A stretch of DNA of 64,000 bases from Anthoceros angustus (taxonomy: Eukaryota; Plantae; Anthocerotophyta), in contig MU008151.1 in NCBI GenBank assembly GCA_010909165.1, forward strand, positions 434,001 through 498,000. Direction: 5' to 3'. A program made the translations under genes and the position numbers. The notes below the pieces were generated by a model. The model was not told the origin of the DNA and made no database searches. It saw only the letters and a program-made list of their open reading frames with translations. Within the stretch, counting starts at the first letter, position 1, and the number at the start of each line of letters is the position of its first letter. Positions 1-7,903 of the stretch are shown piece after piece.

Positions 1-451
1 AGTGTGGAGAAGTTTTACAAAGTCCTCAAGGAAAAGATGAAGAGTGAAAAGGGGACAATAAAGGAGGCAAGTATGAAAAGCAATGTGCTATCCACATGGA
101 AAAGTGCGAAGAAGCAAAAGCATGGTAGTGTAGGGACTCAGATAGCAGACCATGATTGAAGGCAGAAGCTTGTGGCATAGCATTAAAGGGGGGAGAAAGC
201 TGTTACGAAGCAGAGGTGGAGAGAGGAAGTACTTGCAGCTGGGCGATTGGGAATCGTGGCTCCTATGACTTGCAGGTGGGTTACCTAACCGGCGAGCGCA
301 GAATAATGGGGAAAAAGCAGGGGTAATAGAAAAATGGTAGAAATCCCTAAAACCTGAATCTGCACGTGAAGCGTGGAACAGTGGAGTTACAACGGCAAAT
401 TGATTGAAATCCAAGTGCCGAGCTGAGTACGCTGGAATCGCATTTGCCAAC

Positions 452-1957
452 ATGCCGGGTGCCGTCGACAAGGACGTGAAGCAGAGCAGAGAGGCAGCAG
501 CAGTTGCTTTACAGCTTTTCCGGAGCATCGGCTTGGACGAGCGCACTGCCCACACCGCCATTGCCAATTCCAAGCTCTCGGCCCAGCTCCGGCAGGTGAT
601 TAGCGAGGTGGGTGTGCTCCGCTCCGCCCCGCATTGCTCCGCTGCTGCTGCCAAGCTTCCTGGCCCCGGCAATGCGCCACCCGAGGCCGCCCCCCATGGT
701 GCCTGATGCGTGACACGTGTTGGGCGCTTCGGTGCAGGCAGGAGTGGGAGATGGGTGCGACGGGGCTGTGGGAAATCTGCTGTTTGCGGTACGGCTGACG
801 CCATTCCGGGTGCTGTGAAGGAGGAGGTTGTGAGGTGGAGTGGAGTGGAGTGGAGTGGAGTGGCTGAGCTGAGCTGAGCTTGGGGCCCGGGTGTGGCAGG
901 TGGCGACCCAGTATCCTGTGAACGCGCTGCGGCACCGAGGGGCGTTGCTGGAGTATGTCACAAGCTATAAGGTGTGGTGGGTGCTTCGCGAACCCTTGCG
1001 GGTGGGAGAAGAGGGAATTTGGGTTGGAATTCCGGGGCCTGATGCGTTGTGGGTGCAGATAAGGAGCGTCTCGCAGCTGGAAGGCGCTTTTGGGTACTTG
1101 GCGTCTGTGGGGTCGGGGGCGTTGGATTATAGGGAGCTGGAGAAGAGGAGCGGTTTAGGTGAGTGAAGGGAGGTGTTGGGTTGTGCAGCGCGCGTGGTGG
1201 GTCGTGTTGGGTTGGTTGTAACGGGTGTGGGTGGGGAATGTGAATTCAGGCGTGGACGGGTCTGCTGACCGCATCAGGTTGGCTGTGGAGGAGGTGGTGA
1301 GAGTGAACAAGAAGCAGCTTCTGGTTGAGCCTTATCGGATAGATGGTGGGTCTTTGCTCAGCTCAGTCTGTGACGTTCAGTGATTTGCTTCCTTGTGAGT
1401 GAAGGATTGAGGAGGATTTGTATGCTGGATGGTAGTGGGTTAGTACACTTGCATTGAATGCGGTGTCTCTTGGCCCTGTTTCAGTGGGTGCCTTGCTTGG
1501 TCAAGCTCGGGAGCAAGTGCCATGGGCTGATGTGAAGCATTTGAAGGTACCACCATGGGGTCCAGGAATGTCGGGATCACACATTCTGCTCGGATGTGTG
1601 GATGTTGGTTTTTGGGTCTTGTGCTGCCCCCATTCATGTCTCCTGGTTTCGTTCTCCAGGCAGAGATGGATTTTCAGCTCAAAAGAGTGCTCGGGGAAAG
1701 CACTGCTCTGGACGAGGAGGAGAGGTCATTCACCAAGAAGAAGGAAAAACTAAAAGTTGAGGTGCGTTGTGGCTGCGAGAGTCTGGATGGAAGAGCTTCT
1801 TCATATTGAGCTGGCTCTTCTTGTGTTGATGCGCTTGTAAGACAACTTCGTAAGGTTCGTTCCGTGCCTTGCTGTCGTGCAGGAGCCGACCAAAGCTGCA
1901 CAAGCTGTCTCAGCTCCTGAGCCAGAAGAGACTAACCGGTATGCTGGATATCTCTGA
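452..1957 (+). CDS. Glutaminyl-tRNA synthetase N-terminal (non-catalytic, tRNA-binding) domain only; 8 exons; about 237 aa if read to TGA 1955-1957, or spliced onto the MIZ1 ORF
   Basis: Hand-spliced exons 452-607, 738-788, 900-971, 1059-1158, 1250-1345, 1485-1546, 1660-1761 and 1883 onward, all GT-AG and phase-consistent. They give LQLFRSIGLDERTA..NSKLSAQL / DGCDGAVGNLLFA / VATQYPVNALRHRGALLEY / QLEGAFGYL / VGALLGQAREQVPWAD / KKKEK, collinear with the eukaryotic GlnRS N-terminal extension. No TRFPPEPNG/HIGH catalytic exons were found in the window. Confidence 0.85.
832..880 (+). repeat. (GTGGA)n followed by (GCTGA)n pentanucleotide microsatellite in intron 2 of the GlnRS-NTD gene
   Basis: Directly visible: gtggagtggagtggag... 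then gctgagctgagctgagct. Confidence 0.9.
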
Positions 1958-2094
1958 GAATCTGCAGTGAAGCTTGTGATTTTTCAGTCTGTCAGGTTCA
2001 GGACCGGAAACTCTTGTTTGCTAAGGCTCTCTTCCCTCTTTGCTGCAGCCGAGGGAGGGAGCTTGGGGAGAGTGGGAGGGGGGCGGTACCTAGC

Positions 2095-2811
2095 ATGCGT
2101 GGGTCCAAGGAAGGTTCCGTCGTGAGCTCGCAAGCCAATCCCAAGGGCCTGATCAACGGCTTGCAAAGTCCAGGCAGTCCCTTGGATTCACAGATGATGC
2201 TTCTCGGAGTGGACAAGAAGAAGTCCAAGAAGTTTCTAACCATCGTCAGGTCCATCTTCCACGTTTCCATGCCTTCCTTCCCCTGCAAGTGGCTAGCCCT
2301 GCCTCCGGGCCCCTCGGACTCCCCTTCCCTGGGCAGTCGCATCACGGGTACTCTATTCGGCTTTAGGAAAGGCCATGTGCATTTCGTGGTGCAGGAAGAT
2401 CCCAAATCCCAACCTGTCCTACTGCTGGAGCTCGCCACACCCACCAGCTCCCTTGTCAAGGAGATGGCCTCGGGGCTGGTCAGGATTGCGTTGGAATGCG
2501 AGAGGACTCCCAACAGGGGAAGGTTGTTTCAGGAACCCATGTGGACTATGTACTGCAACGGAAGGAAGACAGGGTATGCCATCAGACGGGTATGCTCGGA
2601 ATCAGACCTCCATATTCTGACTCTGGTCCAAGCTGTGTCGATGGGTGCGGGCGTGCTCCCCATAGACGACGATGGCCCGAATGGCGAGCTCATGTACATG
2701 AGAGCTCGGTTCGAGAGGGTTGTGGGTTCCCGGGATTCTGAGGCTTTCTACATGATGAACCCTGATGGCACTGGTGGGCCAGAGCTCAGCATCTTCTTGT
2801 TGAGAATATAG
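2095..2811 (+). CDS. MIZ1: MIZU-KUSSEI 1-like protein (DUF617), single coding exon from ATG 2095
   Basis: Motifs GTLFGFRKGHVHFVVQEDP, LLLELATPTSSLVKEMASGLVRIALEC, WTMYCNGRK.GYA, VSMGAGVLP, GELMYMRARFERVVGSRDSEAFYMMNPDG.GGPELSIFLLRI are characteristic of DUF617/MIZ1. Confidence 0.93.
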   Translation: MRGSKEGSVVSSQANPKGLINGLQSPGSPLDSQMMLLGVDKKKSKKFLTIVRSIFHVSMPSFPCKWLALPPGPSDSPSLGSRITGTLFGFRKGHVHFVVQEDPKSQPVLLLELATPTSSLVKEMASGLVRIALECERTPNRGRLFQEPMWTMYCNGRKTGYAIRRVCSESDLHILTLVQAVSMGAGVLPIDDDGPNGELMYMRARFERVVGSRDSEAFYMMNPDGTGGPELSIFLLRI

Positions 2812-4206
2812 ACGACTTGGCCAGACCGAACGGTGGCCACCACATTTCACCATAGCTGATCATCACTAACCGCAGTCTTGTTGCCACACACATCCACCAG
2901 ATGCTTTTGACCAGACAACAGAGCCCAGCTCTCTCCACGACAGCGATGGAGCCAGCTGGTGGAGTCTGCAGGTTATTTGCTAGCTGGAGCACAAGTCTTG
3001 TAATGTACGTCGCAGGGAGAGGAGATGTGCCATATCGTGCTGAGCATTGCACTGATTTTTTTCAGAAGAGTGTCAATATGGCGTGTGGTTCATGTACCTC
3101 AAATGTGCGTGTTGAGGTACAAGGTTAGCAGACGTGTGGAGGAGGAATCTGTGTGTACAGACTAGAAGGGTGGTGGTGGCACATATGTGTTACACATCTG
3201 GAGATTGGCAAGAGACATACAATCCGATGGCACCACACCACAGCACGGAAGTTGGGTTGCGCAAATTGGATGCCATATCTGTCGAAGGATGATGGAAGAT
3301 GTTTCTCCCCTCCACATTCACATTCCTTGGCGGGTAGCTGGGCATGGAGACTTCGGAAAACCATTCATTTGCAGAGAAGACATTGCTGTTCGCATGCAAT
3401 ATTCATGTGACATTCTGTTGGGCAGGCAAAGAGACATCCTTCACTTGCTTGCCAGCTTGCTTCCCCCACTCACTGACTGATCAGAGTGACTTATTATTAT
3501 GCTGGTGCTCAGACTGGCAGTAGCACCTTTCTTTACGTCCTCTTGCTACCTCAGCAGGCACAGTAGCAGATAATGCTTGGCACAGGACTCAACAGCTTGT
3601 GAGAGTCCCGTTGTGGGAGACTTGATTCACGATGCATGCTGGCTTGCTGGCTGGCACACTAGAAATACCACACAGGCTGATTCAGTGCCTGTCTCATAAA
3701 TGCCCACGTGTTGTCCGCTACACGACGGATCACATCTTGTGGGCACCACGGCCTCACGTTAGGTGGGCAGTAATGTGACACGATAGCCACAGTGTGCAAT
3801 CAACTCTCTCTTTCCCCTCCTTGGACGTAAAGTGGAAATCGTCTTGCGCTTCTTGGGAATCTCCCGTGTTTGTCTCTTCGTCGACAACCGGTTTACTCGG
3901 TGCTTCGAAAGGAATCACCGACACAACACTCTCTTGTTCCTTACATCCTCGAGAGGAGTGTGGACGAAGGGCTGATTGGTGGAGGATTGGGTTCGAAAGG
4001 AGAGCGAACAAAGGCTTGATTGGTGGACAGTCGGTTGATGCATGCATGTTGAAGAAGAAGATTTAAGTGATACTTTCATAAAATTTCAATTTAGAAATAA
4101 TTTTATTTTTCCTGGCATAGAATATACTTTAGAGCTTAATTTCATGTTTATTTGTTTGAAGGCCAAATGGAGGCGGACCAAGTGAGTGACATCCATACAT
4201 GAGTTC

Positions 4207-5360
4207 ATTGGAACTCTCCATTAAGCGTCCTTAGGATGGATGAGTACTCACATTGGGTGCAAATTCATCTCCCTTTCATAGCCCTTATGGGGCTACTTGT
4301 TATATATAAGATCATGCTTGTGGGACTGTCTTTTGTCTCCACACCGTGCCGGGCTGCTGGTTCTTAGTGCCTTACGGGGTTACTCTATATCTTATTCCTA
4401 GTTCAGGATTGCGATGTACACTTTGACATATCTACAGCGTCAAAGATATGTGCTCATGGGCCTTTCACAACGAAGAATCCAAAATGGAGTGCGCAGTCAC
4501 CGTCGTAGGGCGTGGAGAGATAGGGAATGCCTATTTTTATTCATCTTTCACTTGTCTTTTGATTGATAAACTATGCCTTCACTCGCGGCTTACAGTGCCG
4601 TTTGTCAGTGCTGGACCCATAAACGTAAATGCTTAATATGTACAGGTTGGTAGCATTAGAACCTCGCAATTGAACCCGCAAGACCATTGCGTGTCTTGTG
4701 CACGTCGGGTTTTGATATTGAAACCTGTTCGACCCTTCGCAGATTTATTAGAGCCATCATAAATGGTGAACAGTGCTCTCTTAAAGCGCATTCCAATCGG
4801 GATTGCGCTTTCGTGATTGCGACATCGTAGTTATTCCTTATTTAGGTTGTTTAAGAAACATTTATAACGACGGCGAAGGCGCCTTCCCTTTTATTATCTT
4901 CGTTGTGAAAGGCCCTTCCGATGAGGTGCAAACCCGTCTGCCTTTCATGTCCCTTTACTTCGTAGGGCACTAAGAACTGGCGGCCCCGCACGCTACATAA
5001 ACGAAGGCGGCCCCGCACGCATGATGTTATAATACTTTGACATATATATAAAATAAAATCTCGAATTATTGTAAAAACAAAATTGCAGGCAAACCACATT
5101 AAGCTTAAGCGTATGGGTTTATTGGAACTCCACAATTAAGCGTCCTTGGGTCCTATGAGTGCTTGAATGAGTGCCGTTCATTTATGAGCTTCATGGACTA
5201 TGGGATTAGCTTTTGTAAATGTCATGCCCTCAGTCTCTGCAGTGCGCAGGGTTGCTAATTGTTAGTGCCCCTCAAGGGTTACTTGAGATCCAATTCAAAT
5301 GCAGGACTTTGATGTATACTTGAAGTTCTATTAAGTCTTCAAATTCATAGTCATTTGGGC
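4207..5360. repeat. Degenerate direct plus inverted repeat complex (probable non-autonomous transposon relic)
   Basis: 4207-4460 resembles 5121-5360 (attggaactc..ttaagcgtcctt; ttagtgcc..gggttact). 4345-4372 and 4458-4510 are reverse-complement matches to 4965-4992 and 4866-4915 (e.g. gggcctttcacaacgaaga / tcttcgttgtgaaaggccc). Confidence 0.65.
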
Positions 5361-5485
5361 TAACCATGCTACTCTTGCTTGCTTCTGAAACTATGTGCAA
5401 GTACTAGTGTCTTACAAAACAAGCGGTTTCACTCACAAAAGAGGAGTGTGTGATGGAATTCTCTTGTGGGACCTGGCCGGTGAAC

Positions 5486-5875
5486 ATGTATGCAAAATGT
5501 GATGAACTTGACGATACACGCCAGTTTTTGATACCATGGCTGCAAAGACTATGGTGACATGGACAGCGTTGGTTGCCGGGAATGCCTTAGCAAGGTCTCG
5601 GATACAAGGCACTTGGCTTGTTGTGCATGGACAAATGGATGATCATGAGGAGGGTCTCATTTTGTGCTGACGAGTTCATATGTGCTGGCCTTCTCAAGGC
5701 CTGGGCAAACACCGATACCTTATCGAAGGGCACGCACCTACAATCGTAGATTGTGGAAAGAGGAGGAAGGACTGCAGGATGATGGTGTGGGGGGCAATGG
5801 TCTAGAGGACTGGCATGCACGCTGGGTTTTTGACACCTTGATCGCAAAGATGCGGTGACATGGATTGCCTTGGTA
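5486..5875 (+). pseudogene. PLS-class PPR pseudogene fragment
   Basis: MYAKCDELDD.., MVTWTALVAG, QGLGYKAL, ADEFICAGLLKA motifs are spread over several frames with stops and indels. Confidence 0.75.
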
Positions 5876-5972
5876 TCTCGATAAATGATGAGTTAAAGTT
5901 TAAAAACTTAATAGCACCCATGTTTATACAATATTTTTTTAAATAATAACAACAATAAGCACCAAAGAGAGC

Positions 5973-6449
5973 CTAGGGATCGGCGGTAGGAGCCGGCCTC
6001 CTGGTTATTTGAGCCTCAATGAAGGCACGAACCTGAATTATGGAAATAAGAGTTATGCTTGGCAGGTCCCTCATACGACGCTCAAGCTGGCGCATACGAT
6101 CCTCATGACCCCTAAGCTGTAATATGGTATCCTCAAGCTGGCGAATACGATCCTCATGATCCCTTTGCCGTAATATGGTATCCTCAACCTGGCGCATACG
6201 AACCTTAACCTGGCGCATACGCTCCTCAAGCCGGACCATACGAGCGTCAACCTGGCTATGAATCATACGTGCCTCGCGCCGGCGCATGCGATCCTCAAAC
6301 CTGACCCTTCGATCCTCTGTCCACCTATTATTTATACGGACCTCAAGCCTTTGCATACGATGGCCAAGCTGGGTGATACCATCCCGAACCTGGCGTATTT
6401 GATCTGGCAAAACAGCCGGGGAGAGATTTCGCCCGCCGTTTTCTGTCAT
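5973..6449 (-). CDS. Intronless orphan coiled-coil protein (about 158 aa from ATG 6449) with internal RMRQ(L/V)EDTIL repeats
   Basis: Open frame from MTENGG. Tandem 21-bp and 54-bp nucleotide repeats at about 6070-6240 encode heptad-like R/E/Q-rich repeats. No family recognised. Confidence 0.5.
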   Translation of the reverse strand: MTENGGRNLSPAVLPDQIRQVRDGITQLGHRMQRLEVRINNRWTEDRRVRFEDRMRRREARMIHSQVDARMVRLEERMRQVKVRMRQVEDTILRQRDHEDRIRQLEDTILQLRGHEDRMRQLERRMRDLPSITLISIIQVRAFIEAQITRRPAPTADP

Positions 6450-7034
6450 TTTAACGAACAATCCCGACGCCTTCTTCCACAAGGATGGCCCTGCGCCTGC
6501 GCCTGCGCACATGCATAATCACAATCACGACGCGGCTTATGCTTATGCACTCCTCAAAACCTAAACAACAAAAGACATGGACTGTAACCTTGGGAGCGGC
6601 CTGTCTTCACCTGTTTCACACACAGCGAAAATCTGCCTTGCTTTCCCTCTGTGGAGCATCAAGTACTTCAGAAATGCGCACCACCTCAGAAGATGGAAGG
6701 TTAATCGCATGGCATTCATGATCGGCAGTTCCTGGTAGAGCAGGCGCCCGTGCACAGAAAGCAAGAATATTTGTGGCCGTTCTGCTGCCGCGGAATTCAT
6801 ATGCTCACGTGAGCGTGAGCACATGGTTCCGGGAACAACAAACTGCGAGTCGCCAAACACTTGTAGGTGTGCAGATGCACAAGCTTCTGTAGGCACAAAC
6901 TCGTGAACCGTTGGTGGAATCGTGATCTCAGATGCAATATCGTTGGACCATCTGGCCGACATGAGGGGCTAACGACGTCGTGTAGGTACTTTGCTTGGCT
7001 TTCTGAAGGCGAGTGCGAGCACGGGTGGGTTAGT

Positions 7035-7051
7035 AAACCCTAAACCCTAAA
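7035..7051 (+). repeat. Interstitial plant telomere repeat / telobox (AAACCCT)x2
   Basis: taaaccctaaaccctaaa at the edge of the insert that lies between two PPR fragments. Confidence 0.7.
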
Positions 7052-7069
7052 TGGTCTTGCAGAACGACA

Positions 7070-7600
7070 GGCAGCTGCACTCACAGATTGTTGAAAGGGG
7101 ACTGCTGGATGGCGTAGTGTTGGACAACTGATGTATGGAAAATGTGGTGAACTGGAAGATGCACGCCGGGGATTTGAAAGCTTAGCTACAAAGGATGGGA
7201 AGGGCTCGGCCATAAGGCGCTTATTCTGGATGGACGAGCCCCATTTTGGCTGACCATGTTACTTCTGCTTACCTTCTGAGAGAGGGCCTGTCCGGCAGCT
7301 GCACTCACAGATTGTGATCGAAAGGGGACTGCTGGATGGCATACTGGTAGGCACCGGCCCGGTGGACATGTATGCCAGATGTGGTGAACTGGAAGGTGCA
7401 TGCTAGGTTTTGACAGCACGGCCACAAAGCCTGTGGTGACATGGACAACCCTGGCAAGGGGTCGGACACGATGCGCTTGTGTATGGACAGATGGAGGAGG
7501 AGGGCCTCATCCTAGCTGACGATTGATCTTGCATTTGTTGGCCTTCTCAAGGCGTGTTCAAGAACTGGTCAAGGCCATGATCTGGCACAAAGAGTCAGCT
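7070..7600 (+). pseudogene. PLS-class PPR pseudogene fragment with internal duplication
   Basis: QLHSQIVERGL, MYGKCGELEDA, VDMYARCGELE and VVTWTTL motifs are broken by indels; ggcagctgcactcacagattgt occurs near 7070 and near 7294. Confidence 0.75.
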
Positions 7601-7903
7601 GAGAAATATTGAAAAAAAGCAGCCACTCCGCGGGCCCCGGGTGGTATCAAACCACATAGCGTACCCGAACATCCTGTCACAAGTGCGTAAAATATCCCAA
7701 TAATCTGTTTGACAAACGGCCTTTCAAACGAGGCGGACACAGGACAGGAGGCAAAGCAAATCGGGCCATGTTTACAAACGGCCTTTCAGACGAGGAGGAC
7801 ACAGGAAGCAAAGGGTGATGACCCTCGTCATTGGGCGGCCGGCCGGCTGGCCTGAAACAGTTACCTGCAGCGCGGAACGCAGAGCAGTAGGCATGAGCAG
7901 AGG

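Noticed and set aside
88-961. Long antisense ORFs (238 aa at 88-804; 150 aa at 509-961)
   Set aside because: Shadows of GC-rich GlnRS-NTD exons and the GTGGA microsatellite; low-complexity translation with no motif.
2014-2094. TTG start and N-terminal extension of the MIZ1 ORF called by the ORF track
   Set aside because: Eukaryotic context makes TTG initiation unlikely. 2014-2048 looks like an intronic polypyrimidine tract; only 2049-2094 is relevant, under the fusion model.
3985-4000. gggttcgaaa as a tRNA T-loop
   Set aside because: No D-arm or acceptor stem context; a chance match.
2812-4070. Several 70-97 aa ORFs downstream of MIZ1; checked for GlnRS catalytic exons and conserved miRNAs
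   Set aside because: No TRFPPEPNG/HIGH/MSKR motifs, and no match to recalled miR156/160/166/171/319/390/408 sequences.
4783-4820. Small hairpin aaagcgca..tgcgcttt as a Helitron 3' end
   Set aside because: No CTRR terminus at the expected distance and no 5' TC end identifiable.
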